Assembly (NCBI GenBank): GCA_040754455.1
Contig: JBFMCP010000001.1
Coordinates: 32,001 to 96,000 of the forward strand
Reading direction: 5' to 3'
Length of the DNA stretch: 64,000 bases
DNA from: Nitrospirota bacterium
GTDB taxonomy: Bacteria; Nitrospirota; Thermodesulfovibrionia; Thermodesulfovibrionales; Dissulfurispiraceae
This document shows positions 30,008 through 42,479 of the stretch, piece after piece. Each line of letters begins with the position of its first letter. Positions within the stretch are counted from its first letter, which is position 1. The translations under genes and the position numbers were made by a program. The notes beneath the pieces are model-generated. The model did not search any database, had not been told where the DNA came from, and saw only the letters and a list, made by a program, of their open reading frames with translations.

Positions 30008-31906
30008 TCAAGCTCTCTTTTCTTCGAACTCCGCCTCATAGACGTTATCATCATGATGCCCATTGCCGTTACCGTTCCCACCGCAGCCGGAGCCGGCAGG
30101 CTGCTGGGTCTTGTAAAGCTGCTCGGCGATCTTGTGTGATGCCCTCATCAACTCTTCGAGAGCGGTCTTGATTGCCTGTGCATCGTTGCCGTCTTTTGCC
30201 TTTTTGCACTGCTCGATGGCTGCTTCGATTGCCTGCTTGTCAGCAGCGGAAATCTTATCGCCATACTCTTGCAGCGACTTCTCTATTGTGTAGGTCTGGG
30301 CCTCCGCCTGGTTGCGCGCTTCGATGAGCTCCTTCTTCTTTTTATCCTCTGCAGCGTGCGCTTCCGCGTCGCGCATCATCCTCTTGACCTCTTCCTCGGT
30401 GAGGCCGCTCGATGCCGTTATCTTGATCGACTGCTCCTTGCCGGTCCCCCGGTCCTTCGCAGAGACATTCAGAATGCCGTTGGCATCGATGTCAAAGGTG
30501 ACTTCTATCTGGGGAACACCGCGCGGTGCGGGCGGGATCCCGACAAGTTCGAAAATCCCGAGCAATTTGTTATCGTTCGCCATTTCTCGTTCACCCTGAT
30601 ACACCTTCACCGTGACCGCCGGCTGGTTGTCCGATGCCGTGGAAAATATCTGCGATTTCTTGGTAGGAATGGTCGTGTTCCTCTCGATGATCTTGGTGAA
30701 GATGCCGCCGAGCGTCTCGATACCGAGCGAGAGAGGCGTGACATCCAGCAGCAGCACATCCTTTACCTCTCCTTTCAACACCGCTGCCTGTATTGCGGCG
30801 CCGACCGCAACGACTTCGTCGGGGTTCACCGTCCTGTTCGGCTCTTTACCAAAGAACTTCTTGACCTCCTCCTGCACCTTCGGCATTCTCGTCTGTCCGC
30901 CCACCAGGATGACTTCATCCAACTGCGCAGCGGAAAGTCCTGCATCAGCGAGCGCCTTCCTGCAGGGCTCGATGCTCCGCTGCACCAGATCATCCGTCAT
31001 CTGTTCAAACTTTGAACGAGACAGTTTGAGCAGGAGGTGCTTTGGACCTGTGGCGTCGGCGGTGATAAAAGGCAGATTGATTTCAGTCTCCGCAGCAGTA
31101 GAGAGCTCTATCTTCGCTTTCTCCGCTGCTTCTTTGAGGCGCTGCAGTGCCATCTTGTCAGCTCTGAGATCGATGCCGTTCTCCTTTTTGAATTCGCTCA
31201 CGAGGAAGTCGATGATCCTCGCATCAAAATCATCGCCGCCCAGATAGGTATCGCCGTTCGTTGATTTGACTTCGATGACCCCCTCGCCGATTTCGAGCAC
31301 CGAAATGTCGAAGGTGCCGCCGCCCAGATCGTAGACAGCGACCTTCTCTTCCTTTTTCTTGTCGAGGCCATAGGCGAGCGCAGCCGCCGTAGGCTCGTTG
31401 ATGATTCTCAGGACATTGAGCCCTGCAATCTTCCCCGCATCTTTCGTCGCCTGTCTCTGGCTGTCGTCGAAATAGGCGGGGACGGTGATCACCGCATCCG
31501 TAACCGGCTCGCCGAGATAATCTTCTGCCGCCTGCTTCAGTTTCTGGAGGATCATGGCCGAGACTTCGGGGGGAGAGTACTGTTTTCCCTTTATTTCAAC
31601 ATGGGCATCGCCGTTTGCGGCGCTTACAATCTTATAGGGCAGACTCTTCCGCGCATGCTCTACATCAGCCGAAGCATACTTCCGCCCCATCAATCTTTTA
31701 ATAGAGAAAATGGTGTTTTCAGGGTTGGTGATCGCCTGCCGCTTTGCAATCTGGCCGACGAGCCGCTCTCCTTTATCGGTAATAGCGACAACCGAGGGGG
31801 TGGTCCTGTTTCCCTCCTGGTTCGGAATTACGACCGGCTCGCCGCCCGAGATAACAGCGACAACCGAGTTTGTTGTTCCTAAATCAATACCTATTGCCTT
31901 TCCCAT
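30008..31906 (-). CDS. dnaK: Molecular chaperone DnaK
   Basis: [41 protein letters not shown]. Confidence 0.97.
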   Translation of the reverse strand: MGKAIGIDLGTTNSVVAVISGGEPVVIPNQEGNRTTPSVVAITDKGERLVGQIAKRQAITNPENTIFSIKRLMGRKYASADVEHARKSLPYKIVSAANGDAHVEIKGKQYSPPEVSAMILQKLKQAAEDYLGEPVTDAVITVPAYFDDSQRQATKDAGKIAGLNVLRIINEPTAAALAYGLDKKKEEKVAVYDLGGGTFDISVLEIGEGVIEVKSTNGDTYLGGDDFDARIIDFLVSEFKKENGIDLRADKMALQRLKEAAEKAKIELSTAAETEINLPFITADATGPKHLLLKLSRSKFEQMTDDLVQRSIEPCRKALADAGLSAAQLDEVILVGGQTRMPKVQEEVKKFFGKEPNRTVNPDEVVAVGAAIQAAVLKGEVKDVLLLDVTPLSLGIETLGGIFTKIIERNTTIPTKKSQIFSTASDNQPAVTVKVYQGEREMANDNKLLGIFELVGIPPAPRGVPQIEVTFDIDANGILNVSAKDRGTGKEQSIKITASSGLTEEEVKRMMRDAEAHAAEDKKKKELIEARNQAEAQTYTIEKSLQEYGDKISAADKQAIEAAIEQCKKAKDGNDAQAIKTALEELMRASHKIAEQLYKTQQPAGSGCGGNGNGNGHHDDNVYEAEFEEKRA

Positions 31907-31956
31907 TGTATTCCTCCTCTTGGTAGTTTGCCCGTAGTTTTATGATAATTTGTAGT

Positions 31957-32092
31957 AACAAAAGATATGCCATAAAACAAGAACGTGTGGTATCAAAGAC
32001 TTAGGAATTAACATGACGGACTAATAAAGAGCTAATAGGTCATTTTGTCCCGCCAACCCATAGGTCAGAGTGTCCTATGGGTCATTGTGTCT
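31957..32092 (-). promoter_or_regulatory. Sigma-54-type promoter of dnaK with IHF site and three upstream repeats
   Basis: TGGCAT-N5-TTGT (31972-31958); IHF consensus TATCAA-N4-TTA 31991-32003; GGTCA-N3-TGTCY at 32038, 32063, 32080. Confidence 0.65.
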
Positions 32093-32246
32093 ATATAATA
32101 TGGTGTCTTTGCAAATCTACACAAAGGCAGTGAGGGAGTGCGGAAAGGAAGCGCAAGAAAGCTTCCCGGAGCCCCTCCCTTCACCTGCGCATAAGCAAAC
32201 GAGTATATGCTGCTGTATCAATAAATATGAGAAACAACAGTAACCG

Positions 32247-33422
32247 TTATTTGCATAAAGTAAAGAGCGATATGAACGCTATGAGCAGTGCTGCGAGACA
32301 TACCGCGATGACCCCGGGCCAGCCATAGGCACTCCAGATGAGTCCGGGCAGTGCCGCGCCGGCGCTCCCGCCTATATAATAGGAAAAAAGATAGAGCGAC
32401 GTCGCGGAGCCTTTGCTCGTTGCTGCATTGTCGCCCACCAGTGCGCCTGCTGCGGGCTGTGTTGAGAAGAGCCCTGCGCAGAGCAGCAGGAGCCCGAAAA
32501 TGATCAATCCGAGCGAGCCGGTCAGGGTCAATAGAATGCCCAGGCCAGCGATGACCAGGCCCATACCGATGACCGGCCTCCTGCCGATCCTGCTCGAGAG
32601 CGCGCCCGCAAGAGGAGAAAGCACACCGGTGATGTACACGACAAAGATCAATCCCAGAAAAACAGGCGATAGATTAAAAGGCGGTGCGCTGAGATAGAAG
32701 GTGATATACGTAAAGGAACCGGTGAACGTAAAAAAGAGCATAAAGGCGATGAGAAATGCCCCCACAAGCCTCCTGTTCCGAAGGTGGCCGAACATTCCTG
32801 CATAAGAACTGAAGAGTCCTGCGCTGCGCTTGAAATGTCTCGATGCAGGGAGAAAGCGAAGCATGATCCCTGCGCCCGCCAGGTTCAGAATACTGAAGAC
32901 AACAAAGGTAATTCGCCAATTGAACAGTCCTGCAAGAACGCCGCTGAGCACCCTTCCCAGGAACCCTGCTGCCACCATAGAGCTCACGTAGATGCCCATC
33001 ATCCTGCCGACGACTGCAGAGGAGAACTCCTCTGCTATGTAGGCCATGGCAATGGCAGCGATCCCGGCAACGAGGAGCCCCTGCATGGTACGGAACAGCA
33101 GGAAGAATGAAAACGTATCGGCAAAAGCGATCAGTGCCGTGGGAACCGCAAGAAGGAATCCGGTGGTCACCATAACCGACTTTCGTCCCACATAATCCGA
33201 AACAGGGCCGTAGACGAGCAGCGCAAGGGAGAGTGCAAGGATGTTGAGCGATACTGCGAGGCTGGCAGTAGCCGGGCTTACGCCGAAACTGCTGCTCAAA
33301 AGGGGAAGAATGGGCTGGGCGACATAGATATCCGAGATCACCATCACAGTCCCCAGCCAAAGAGTCGCCAGAGCGGCCCGCTCACGCTCTTGTTCTGCTT
33401 CCGAAAACCCCGTTCCTCCCAT
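32247..33422 (-). CDS. MFS transporter (YnfM-like)
   Basis: About 12 hydrophobic segments, YVAQPILP, GPVSDYVGRK, SLYLFSYYIG. Confidence 0.88.
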   Translation of the reverse strand: MGGTGFSEAEQERERAALATLWLGTVMVISDIYVAQPILPLLSSSFGVSPATASLAVSLNILALSLALLVYGPVSDYVGRKSVMVTTGFLLAVPTALIAFADTFSFFLLFRTMQGLLVAGIAAIAMAYIAEEFSSAVVGRMMGIYVSSMVAAGFLGRVLSGVLAGLFNWRITFVVFSILNLAGAGIMLRFLPASRHFKRSAGLFSSYAGMFGHLRNRRLVGAFLIAFMLFFTFTGSFTYITFYLSAPPFNLSPVFLGLIFVVYITGVLSPLAGALSSRIGRRPVIGMGLVIAGLGILLTLTGSLGLIIFGLLLLCAGLFSTQPAAGALVGDNAATSKGSATSLYLFSYYIGGSAGAALPGLIWSAYGWPGVIAVCLAALLIAFISLFTLCK

Positions 33423-33438
33423 AATTCCCCGATGCGCC

Positions 33439-35439
33439 TTACCGCTCGCTTCGGGAAGGTGCTGCAAGGACCGCATGAACGGTCTCAATAAAATTATGTA
33501 CATTGATCGGCTTGGTGAGGAAGGCAGTAAAGCCTGCAGCCTTCCCCCGCTCGATGTCCTCGGGCATGGCGTTGGAGCTTACGGCAACAACAGGAATATC
33601 CCGCGTTGTCTCAAGCTCCCGCAACCGCTTCAGCACCTCATAGCCATCGATATCGGGCAGACTGATATCGAGCAGAATGATATCAATCCGCTGCTTCTGT
33701 GCCAACTCGACGCCCCTCATTCCATAGGGTGCCGAAAGAAAGGTAACCGTTGGATAGCGTGAGAATATCTTTGCTACGAGCAGGAGATTGGCAGGGTTGT
33801 CTTCGATATAGAGAATAGTACGTTTCCGCTCGGCCAGCTCTGGGTACTCGCAGACAGTAAGGGGGGCCTCCTCAGTGTAATCGCCCGGCTCCTTTTCGAT
33901 CAGCGGCAGGTCGACCCAGAAGTAGCTTCCCTCGTTGACCGCGCTCCGGACGCCGATTGAGCCGCCCATCAGTTCGATCAGACGCTTTGCAATAGTCAGA
34001 CCTATGCCTGTTCCCTCAGCTATGGTGCTATGCATCGGGAGCCGGGTGAAGGGTTCAAATATCTTCTTCTGTTCAGCTTCCGAAATCCCCGGACCGGTGT
34101 CGGCAATGCCGATGCGAATCATCTTTTGTGCAGTGCGCTCACAGGAAACCGTTACCGAACCTGCTTCGCGGTTGTACTTCACTGCATTCGACATGAGATT
34201 GAGCAGCACCTCCTGCAGGCGTGTCGGGTCAACGGTAACGACCCATCCCTCGCAGCCGGCGAGCTGATCGGTGAGCACGATATTTCTCTTTTGCGCCATC
34301 GGTTGGATAAGGTTGAGGCAACTGGCGATGATCGGCTCGACCGGAACAGTCTCGAAGGAGAGCGACATCCTCCCGGTCTCGATACGCGAGAGATCGAGGA
34401 TCTCATTGATGAGCTCGAGGAGGTGGTTGCCGGCGAGGAGGATCTCGTGCACCATTCTCTTGTGCTCCTTCGACAGCTGATCGGAAGCATCATCACCGAG
34501 CAGTTGTCCAAATCCCAGAATGGCGTTCAGCGGGGTCCGCAGCTCATGGCTCATCCTCGAGAGGAATTCCGACTTTGCGCGGTTTGCCTTCTCCGCCTCA
34601 TCCTTGCTCCGCGCCAGCTCTGCCTGGTGCCGTTTTATCCGCGCCTCCTCAACCCGGTATCTGAAAAGAATGAGGTAGGTTGCCATCGCCATCACAAACA
34701 CAAGAGAAAGGACTCCCATCACGTGGAGCCGCGCCACGCGCACGCCTTGCTGCCACGATGCTCCGTTGAAGTCGATCCCCAGTATGGCCTCCTGTTTTCC
34801 CGATGTGTCGTATATGGGCACAAAGGCACTGATCGCATACCCCCATTTGTCATTTGTGGCACTGTCCTGAAACCCCTCCTCGCCGCGGAAGGCCTGCTCC
34901 ATTTCAGGAACAACTTCGTCGTATTTCTCTCCTATGGGAACGCGGGCCTCCCTCTCACCTTCAATCACCCCATTGCGGTCGTAATCGGTTTCAGGGCCGA
35001 GGATGAAAATGACGGAATTATCCGGCAACTTCCGCATGGTATAGATGCTTTCGATCTCTGGGTTAAGTTTCATCCAATGGACCATTGTCGCGATGAGTGA
35101 AAGATAGTGCGGATCATCAGGAGCGGTGGTGCCTGTTATACGTCCATGCCCCATCGTGTTCAATTCATAGGCGAGGGTCGGCGCAATTCCCCTGACGATC
35201 TTTTTAAGGCGGACCTTTTCATTACGTTCAGCAATCTCTGCGAAAAACCATCCGGCGACAATGATCACTGCGATCATAAGCACCATGGCAAAGGGAAGGG
35301 TGCCCATGATATGCGCAGGTGCGGCATCTTGCTTTCTGTTGTGCAGGCCTGTGCGTTTCCAGTAATGCCGCATCCAGGCTTCGAGGAAGGTAAAACAACC
35401 TATGAGGATTGCGGAAAAGGTGAGATAATCCGTCTTCAT
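33439..35439 (-). CDS. Membrane hybrid sensor histidine kinase / response regulator
   Basis: TM segments + extracytoplasmic sensor, MSHELRTPLN, NAVKYN, DTGPG, GTGIGL, C-terminal REC (LLDISLP). Confidence 0.92.
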   Translation of the reverse strand: MKTDYLTFSAILIGCFTFLEAWMRHYWKRTGLHNRKQDAAPAHIMGTLPFAMVLMIAVIIVAGWFFAEIAERNEKVRLKKIVRGIAPTLAYELNTMGHGRITGTTAPDDPHYLSLIATMVHWMKLNPEIESIYTMRKLPDNSVIFILGPETDYDRNGVIEGEREARVPIGEKYDEVVPEMEQAFRGEEGFQDSATNDKWGYAISAFVPIYDTSGKQEAILGIDFNGASWQQGVRVARLHVMGVLSLVFVMAMATYLILFRYRVEEARIKRHQAELARSKDEAEKANRAKSEFLSRMSHELRTPLNAILGFGQLLGDDASDQLSKEHKRMVHEILLAGNHLLELINEILDLSRIETGRMSLSFETVPVEPIIASCLNLIQPMAQKRNIVLTDQLAGCEGWVVTVDPTRLQEVLLNLMSNAVKYNREAGSVTVSCERTAQKMIRIGIADTGPGISEAEQKKIFEPFTRLPMHSTIAEGTGIGLTIAKRLIELMGGSIGVRSAVNEGSYFWVDLPLIEKEPGDYTEEAPLTVCEYPELAERKRTILYIEDNPANLLLVAKIFSRYPTVTFLSAPYGMRGVELAQKQRIDIILLDISLPDIDGYEVLKRLRELETTRDIPVVAVSSNAMPEDIERGKAAGFTAFLTKPINVHNFIETVHAVLAAPSRSER

Positions 35440-35611
35440 AGTAAGGTAAGGCTCACCTCATAAACAATGCATAAACTATATTGTACTGTACTTTATATTA
35501 TCGTCGTTCTGGCCGGACACTTAACTGCCGTGTCCGGGAAGAACAACGGAGGTCTCGATCTGGCGATCGGCGATGTTCCAATCGGATGTCCTGACTTTAT
35601 ACGTGCTGCAT

Positions 35612-36052
35612 TCACTGCTGGTCTTTGTTGAGAATCATATCCACCATGGTAATCCTGGGCCGGGCGAATAACTTCTTCACCCGCTCTCTGAACTCTTCGG
35701 GAGTAATGTGCTCCTGGTGGGTTCCTACGACCACCTTGATGTCAGGGAATGTCTCTTCGAGCACCGCCCGGTATTTCTCTTTGAAGGGGCAGAGCGCCTT
35801 CAGGCAATTGGCAAAATGGAGCGCGTTGATCCTGAACTCGGTGAGCGCCCTGATACGCTGCAGCAGCTTTTCAGCGCCGGCAAGGGTCGGACATCCGGGA
35901 CAGTTGATGATCCCTACCAAGTCCAGCGGCTCTTCTGAAGGATAATCGGCAAAGGTCCCTCTCCTCTTCCGCAGGTCTGCCAGGCAGCTTACGGAAGAGC
36001 ATCCTAAATCCTGTGTTGCATTGGAACAGGTGAGAATACCTATACGCGGCAT
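35612..36052 (-). CDS. CGGC-domain protein
   Basis: GILTC..CSSVSC..GIINCPGCP..HFANC..CPF..VVGTH. Confidence 0.85.
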   Translation of the reverse strand: MPRIGILTCSNATQDLGCSSVSCLADLRKRRGTFADYPSEEPLDLVGIINCPGCPTLAGAEKLLQRIRALTEFRINALHFANCLKALCPFKEKYRAVLEETFPDIKVVVGTHQEHITPEEFRERVKKLFARPRITMVDMILNKDQQ

Positions 36053-36124
36053 AGTAACCCTCCGGTTCAAATTTTTAGCGCTCACACGCGGGAAAGAGCG
36101 GCTGATGCCACGCAGCTCGGGCTT

Positions 36125-37396
36125 TCAAAACATCAGCGTCTGCCCTTTTATCTCTTTCCTTTCGACTGCCTCGAATATTTTTATCTTCCCGAACTCACCG
36201 TCAAAGCCCGGCGCAATGTAGACCTTGCCGGTGCGCATCCGCGCTATGGCCTCTCTGATAAGAGGCGACCCCGCCTTTTCGATTTCGCGCACGGGAACAT
36301 CCATGAGGATGCTGAACTCATTACCAAGGACCTCGAGCAAAGCAAGATAAGCACGATGAACAGCTTTGCTGTTAACGCCGACCTTCAGCGCCTCAGCGAT
36401 GATTTCCGGCAGGGGTATAATTGAATGATAGCCCGGTGCCCCACCTGGTGTAAAACCTTCCCTCCTGTCGGCAAGCTTCTCGACCCTGTGCATCACCCCT
36501 ATGGTCAGACGCTTGCCGCACACAGGGCAGAGATAGTTATGCCTTATCGTTTCTTTGGGAGGAAGGCTGACATTGCACGCCCGATGTCCGTCATAGTGGT
36601 ACTTGCCCTCCTCGGGGAAAAATTCAATCGTCCCTGAAAAGCCCCGTTTCGATTTGAGCGCCTGCATGATGTCATTGTAGGAGATGCCGGTATCGAAGAT
36701 GTTCGCCTCACGGCCTATCTTCGCCGGTGAATGGGCGTCTGAGTTGGAAATCAGTGTCAGGCGGTCAAGGGCGGAAAGCCTCCAGTTCATGGGCGGGTCT
36801 GATGAAAGCCCCGTCTCGATAGCGTGAACATGCGGCGTCAGATCCTCGAAACATTCCTCGAGAGAATCGAATCCGGATTCTGCCCCGAATACCGAGAAGT
36901 GGGGTGTCCATACATGCGCCGGTACGAGCATGGCATCAGGAGCAACATCCAGGGCAATCCTGAGGAGCTCTTTCGCGTCCAGACCGAGAATAGGCCTGCC
37001 GTCGGCGTTGAGGTTTCCGATCTTCGCAAGCGCAAGGTTGAGCTTTGCAGCACCGGCGAAGTCAGGCAAAAAGATGATGGAGTGGACCTTTCTTGTCCTT
37101 TTGTTCTTGTTGTAAATGCAGCTGATCTCAGCGGAGAGGAGGAAGTAAACCTCCGCCCTGCATGCAGCGGGGACATCATCAGGGCAATACTCTTTTTTGA
37201 GTTTGAAGAGCCCGTTGCCGGCGGATTCGAGTTTTTCATTCAGCTCTTTGAACCACTTCGGATGCGTGCTATCGCCGGTGCCGATGACCGTAATCCCTTT
37301 GAGCTGTGCCCATTTCCAGATGGCTTCAGGAGACATGTCCCTGCTGGTGGCCCGTGAGTACTTCGAATGGATGTGGAGATCGGCAATAAAACGCAT
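36125..37396 (-). CDS. Endonuclease Q family protein (PHP domain + Zn ribbon)
   Basis: ADLHIHSKYSRATS, GTGD.THP.W, SNSDAHS, GKYH.DGHR.C, CPVCG; extended -10 TGGTATAAT 5 nt upstream of the ATG (leaderless). Confidence 0.88.
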   Translation of the reverse strand: MRFIADLHIHSKYSRATSRDMSPEAIWKWAQLKGITVIGTGDSTHPKWFKELNEKLESAGNGLFKLKKEYCPDDVPAACRAEVYFLLSAEISCIYNKNKRTRKVHSIIFLPDFAGAAKLNLALAKIGNLNADGRPILGLDAKELLRIALDVAPDAMLVPAHVWTPHFSVFGAESGFDSLEECFEDLTPHVHAIETGLSSDPPMNWRLSALDRLTLISNSDAHSPAKIGREANIFDTGISYNDIMQALKSKRGFSGTIEFFPEEGKYHYDGHRACNVSLPPKETIRHNYLCPVCGKRLTIGVMHRVEKLADRREGFTPGGAPGYHSIIPLPEIIAEALKVGVNSKAVHRAYLALLEVLGNEFSILMDVPVREIEKAGSPLIREAIARMRTGKVYIAPGFDGEFGKIKIFEAVERKEIKGQTLMF

Positions 37397-37717
37397 TGCA
37401 AATTATACCATGGGATCGATGGCGAGGAGGAACTGCTTTGTATGATTTGTGTGAGAGAACTACCCGAAAGGGGCATCTGCCGCCTTATTACGTCATTCAC
37501 TTACTTTCCGCTCTTTCCTTTTGCGGTGCCGGGCTGAGATGCCTCTGCACCGGTGCACGGTGCTTGTGCAAAAGACAGTACCGCAGAACGTGCTGTTGCC
37601 ATGGTAGCTTTTCACATTTTTCCTTCCGCTCAATGCATGGTGTGCTTTGAAGTACTCGGGTATGCTGCTCATTATTGCCATGACGATAGCGTAGCCTCCA
37701 TATTTTTTGATGAGTGT

Positions 37718-38200
37718 TTATGATGTGCTTTTTTGACAAAATTCGCCGAGGGCTTTACTCAAATCCTCCAGCCGGTACGGTTTGGTGAGGACACCGCTGA
37801 AACCGTATCTGCCGTACTCCTCGATCACCGGGTCACCCGCATTACCGCTCGAGGCAAAGGCCTTGACGGACGGGTCAAGTTCGATAAGCCGTGCAAGCGT
37901 CTCCCTGCCTCCCATGCCGCAGGGTATGGTGAGATCCAGTAGTACCACAGTGTAGGGGCGACCTGACTCACGGGCTCTTATAAATTCCTGAACGGCCTGT
38001 TCGCCGTTTTCGACACATTGGACCTCGAATCCAAGGTACTTCAACATCTCACCGGCAACATCCCGCACCAACTCCTCATCATCCATCACCAAGACCCTTC
38101 TCCGCGCATCGGATGACGGTCTTTCCTCTTTCCGGACGGGCCGGGACCCGACAGAACATGCTGTCGTGTCGGCAAAAATAGCTTCGCTGGCTTTCTTCAC
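37718..38200 (-). CDS. Single-domain response regulator
   Basis: VLVMDDE, LLDLTIP.GMGG, SSG, KPY; GTG start after SD, start uncertain. Confidence 0.85.
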   Translation of the reverse strand: MKKASEAIFADTTACSVGSRPVRKEERPSSDARRRVLVMDDEELVRDVAGEMLKYLGFEVQCVENGEQAVQEFIRARESGRPYTVVLLDLTIPCGMGGRETLARLIELDPSVKAFASSGNAGDPVIEEYGRYGFSGVLTKPYRLEDLSKALGEFCQKSTS

Positions 38201-38427
38201 TGCCGTTCCTCTCAATTATGTCTGGATCAACTGCTTGTATCTATATCAACTGTTCTTCAGGCACTATGCTCAGCGTCGCCTTTTAGTTATCGTGAGTTTT
38301 ATGCGCTTCCTCAGCATTGCTACATTAGTGTTCTATTATTCAATTTTGTATTATTTATTTCATTTTTGTACTTAACAAACAGCTTCCCCTAGCCCGCTTC
38401 CCTTGAAAAAACAACGACGCTCTGCTC

Positions 38428-38443
38428 TGGCACGGTGGTTGCT
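38428..38443 (+). promoter_or_regulatory. Sigma-54 (-24/-12) promoter of the nif operon
   Basis: TGGCACGGTGGTTGCT matches TGGCAC-N5-TTGCW exactly, about 40 bp upstream of nifH. Confidence 0.9.
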
Positions 38444-38447
38444 CTAA

Positions 38448-39326
<879 letters not shown>

Positions 39327-39332
39327 AAAACC

Positions 39333-39405
39333 AAATCCGAAATTCGAAGCACGAAATCCTAAAAATTCCGAAGTTTCGTATTTCGATATTCGTATTTCGA
39401 GCTTG
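39333..39405. repeat. Heptamer inverted repeat hairpin between nifH and nifD
   Basis: AAATCCG AAATTCG AAGCACG AAATCCT ... GTTTCGT ATTTCGA TATTCGT ATTTCGA GCTT. Confidence 0.8.
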
Positions 39406-39429
39406 ATACCACAAAGGAGGCATGAGGAG

Positions 39430-40857
39430 ATGAGTTCCGCGATCAAGACGACACAGAGGATGATAGAGGAAGTTCTGGAGGCCTATCCTGAAAAGACCAG
39501 AAAGGATAGAGCAAAGCACCTGACGGCCAATGATCCCACCGGCCAGTGCAGCACCTGCCAGGTAAAATCGAACATAAAATCCCGGCCCGGCGTTATGACC
39601 GTGAGAGGATGCGCGTATGCAGGCGCAAAAGGCGTTGTCTGGGGTCCGGTAAAGGACCAGGTGAACGTCAGCCACGGCCCGATCGGCTGCGGCCAGTACA
39701 GCTGGTGGTCGAGGAGAAACTACTACAACGGCCAGACCGGCATCGATACCTTCGGCACCATGCACATCACCACCGACTTCCAGGAAAAGGATATCGTGTA
39801 TGGGGGCGACAAGAATTTGCACGCGGCGCTTCACGAATTAAAGCAGCTGTTCCCCCTCGCGAAGAGCATAGGTATCCTCTCCGAATGCCCCGTAGGCCTT
39901 ATCGGCGACGACATCGAGGCGGTATCTAAAAAGGCATCCAAGGAATTGGGGATCCCGATCGTCCCGGTACGGTGCGAGGGGTTCAGAGGTGTGAGCCAGT
40001 CGCTCGGCCACCATATCGCCAACGATACCATCAGGGATTACATCCTGGGCAGGGGAAAGCTCGGGAAATCGACCCCCTACGATGTGGCGCTCATCGGCGA
40101 CTACAACATCGGCGGCGACGCCTGGGCCTCGCGGAAGATGCTCGAAGAGCTCGGCCTCAGGGTTATCGCGCAGTGGACGGGCGATGCATCGATCAATGAA
40201 ATGGGCATGGCCCATAAGGCAAAGCTGAACCTTATCCACTGTTACCGTTCGATGAACTATATCTGCAGACACATGGAAGAGGAGTACGGCATTCCCTGGG
40301 TGGAGTTCAACTTCTTCGGCCCGACCAAGATCTACCAGAGCCTGAGAAAGATCGCGTCGCACTTCGATGACAGGATCAAAGAGAACGCAGAGAAGATGAT
40401 CGAGAAATACAAGCCGGTGATGGATGCGGTCATCGAGCAGTTCAAGCCGCGGCTGGAAGGCAAAAGGGTCATACTCTATGTCGGCGGCCTGCGGCCACGG
40501 CACACCATCGGCGCTTACGAAGACCTCGGCATGGAGGTCGTGGCATCGGGATACGAGTTCGGCCACAACGACGATTACAAGAGGACCTACCCTGAAATGA
40601 AAGAAGGCGCGGTCATCATGGACGACGCCACCCTCTACGAGCTTGAGGAGTTCACCAGAAGATTGCGGCCCGACATGGTCGGCTCGGGAATCAAGGAGAA
40701 ATACTCCTACCACAAGCTGGGCATACCCTTCAGGCAGATGCACTCCTGGGATTACTCAGGACCATACCACGGTTTTGACGGCTTTCCGGTCTTTGCACGG
40801 GACATGGACATGACCGTGAACAGCCCGACATGGGGCTTAATTCGGAGGAAAAGATGA
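39430..40857 (+). CDS. nifD: Nitrogenase MoFe protein alpha chain
   Basis: [21 protein letters not shown] (FeMoco Cys), [18 protein letters not shown] (His). Confidence 0.97.
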   Translation: MSSAIKTTQRMIEEVLEAYPEKTRKDRAKHLTANDPTGQCSTCQVKSNIKSRPGVMTVRGCAYAGAKGVVWGPVKDQVNVSHGPIGCGQYSWWSRRNYYNGQTGIDTFGTMHITTDFQEKDIVYGGDKNLHAALHELKQLFPLAKSIGILSECPVGLIGDDIEAVSKKASKELGIPIVPVRCEGFRGVSQSLGHHIANDTIRDYILGRGKLGKSTPYDVALIGDYNIGGDAWASRKMLEELGLRVIAQWTGDASINEMGMAHKAKLNLIHCYRSMNYICRHMEEEYGIPWVEFNFFGPTKIYQSLRKIASHFDDRIKENAEKMIEKYKPVMDAVIEQFKPRLEGKRVILYVGGLRPRHTIGAYEDLGMEVVASGYEFGHNDDYKRTYPEMKEGAVIMDDATLYELEEFTRRLRPDMVGSGIKEKYSYHKLGIPFRQMHSWDYSGPYHGFDGFPVFARDMDMTVNSPTWGLIRRKR

Positions 40858-42359
40858 AAATAAAAGACCACAATGAACTCTTTCTTCAGCCTGAGTATTG
40901 CAAGCAGTTTGAAGACAAGAAGGAGTTTGAAAACGCCCCTTCCGCCGAAGAGGTCCGGAAGATTTCCGACTGGACCAAGACGGAAGAGTACAAGGAGCTG
41001 AACTTCAAGCGGCAGCATATAAAGATCAATCCTGCAAAGGCCTGCCAGCCGCTTGGTGCGATTCTCTGTGCCGCGGGCTTTGAAGGGACGCTCCCCTTTG
41101 TGCAGGGCGCGCAGGGCTGTGTCGCCTATTTCAGGAGCCATCTGAACAGGCACTTCAAAGAGCCGGTAACCGCAGTCTCAACCTCGATGACCGAGGACGC
41201 GGCAGTCTTCGGGGGGCTTAACAATATGCTCGAAGGGCTCGAGAATGCGTATACCTTATATAAGCCCAAGATGCTCGCAGTTTCCACGACCTGTATCGCC
41301 GAGGTCATCGGTGACGACCTGAATGCCTACATTAGAACAGCACGCGAGAAGGGGATCATCCCAAAAGACCTCATGGTGCCCTTTGCGCATACGCCGAGCT
41401 TTGTCGGCTCGTATCTTACCGGGTATGACAATATGATGAAGGGAATCCTTACTACGGTTACGCAGGGGAAGAAGGGCGACCCGAACGGGAAGATCAACTT
41501 CATTCCCGGATTCGATACCTACACCGGCGATTACTTCGAACTGAAAAGGCTCATGGACATCATGGGCGTAAAGCATACGATCCTTGCCGACGTAAGCAAT
41601 GTGTTCGATGCGCCCAATACCGGCGAGTACAAACTCTACCCCGGCGGCACGCCGCTTGCTGATGCAATGGACTCCGTCAATGCCACGGCAACGATTGCGC
41701 TCCAGAAATACTCGACGCTTAAGACGATGGATTATATCAAGAAAGAGTGGGTGAACAAGGCCGTGGCGCTTCCACCTATCGGCGTGCGGAATACCGATGC
41801 ATTCTTTGCCGAGATCAGCACAATCACCGGGAAGCCGATCCCCCGGGAGATCGAGGATGAGCGCGGCAGGGCGGTGGACGCGATGATCGATTCGCACCCG
41901 TATGTGCACGGAAAGAGGTTTGCGCTGGTCGGCGATCCCGATATGCTGATGGGCCTTGTCAGCTTCCTGATGGAGATGGGAGGTATTCCCGTCCATATCG
42001 TCTGCAGTATCAGCGACAAAAAGTTCGGGGAGGATATGAACAGCCTCCTGAGCGAGAGCCCCTCTGGCGCAGAGGCCAAGGTGTATGCGGGCAAGGACAT
42101 GTGGCACCTGCGTTCACTGATATTTACCGATCCCGTGGACTTCATCATTGGGAACTCTTATGCAAAGTTCCTCTGGAGAGATACCGGAACACCGCTCATC
42201 AGGGTCGGGTTCCCTCTCTTCGACCGTCATCACCTGCACCGGTATCCGGTTATCGGCTATCAGGGGGTAATCAACCTGGTGAACTGGGTCGTCAACACGG
42301 TGCTCGATGAGATGGACAGAAAAACGATGCATACAACGAGCTTTGACGTTATCAGGTAA
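40854..42359 (+). CDS. nifK: Nitrogenase MoFe protein beta chain
   Basis: [41 protein letters not shown] overlap with nifD. Confidence 0.97.
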   Translation: MKIKDHNELFLQPEYCKQFEDKKEFENAPSAEEVRKISDWTKTEEYKELNFKRQHIKINPAKACQPLGAILCAAGFEGTLPFVQGAQGCVAYFRSHLNRHFKEPVTAVSTSMTEDAAVFGGLNNMLEGLENAYTLYKPKMLAVSTTCIAEVIGDDLNAYIRTAREKGIIPKDLMVPFAHTPSFVGSYLTGYDNMMKGILTTVTQGKKGDPNGKINFIPGFDTYTGDYFELKRLMDIMGVKHTILADVSNVFDAPNTGEYKLYPGGTPLADAMDSVNATATIALQKYSTLKTMDYIKKEWVNKAVALPPIGVRNTDAFFAEISTITGKPIPREIEDERGRAVDAMIDSHPYVHGKRFALVGDPDMLMGLVSFLMEMGGIPVHIVCSISDKKFGEDMNSLLSESPSGAEAKVYAGKDMWHLRSLIFTDPVDFIIGNSYAKFLWRDTGTPLIRVGFPLFDRHHLHRYPVIGYQGVINLVNWVVNTVLDEMDRKTMHTTSFDVIR

Positions 42360-42363
42360 GAAA

Positions 42364-42393
42364 AGGACGAAGGCAGAATCCAGAAGTCAGAAG
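42364..42393 (+). repeat. Heptamer tandem repeat after nifK
   Basis: AGGACGA AGGCAGA ATCCAGA AGTCAGA AG. Confidence 0.5.
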
Positions 42394-42479
42394 AAAAGGC
42401 ACAAACAGCAAAGAAGATTATATACAGAAGACTGAGAACAAAGTACAAAGACGGTAAAAGAAGTAATAGAGAGGTAACC

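Noticed and set aside
37493..37739. Small basic Cys/His ORFs between endoQ and the response regulator
   Set aside because: Two competing frames and a distant SD; cannot choose one from sequence alone.
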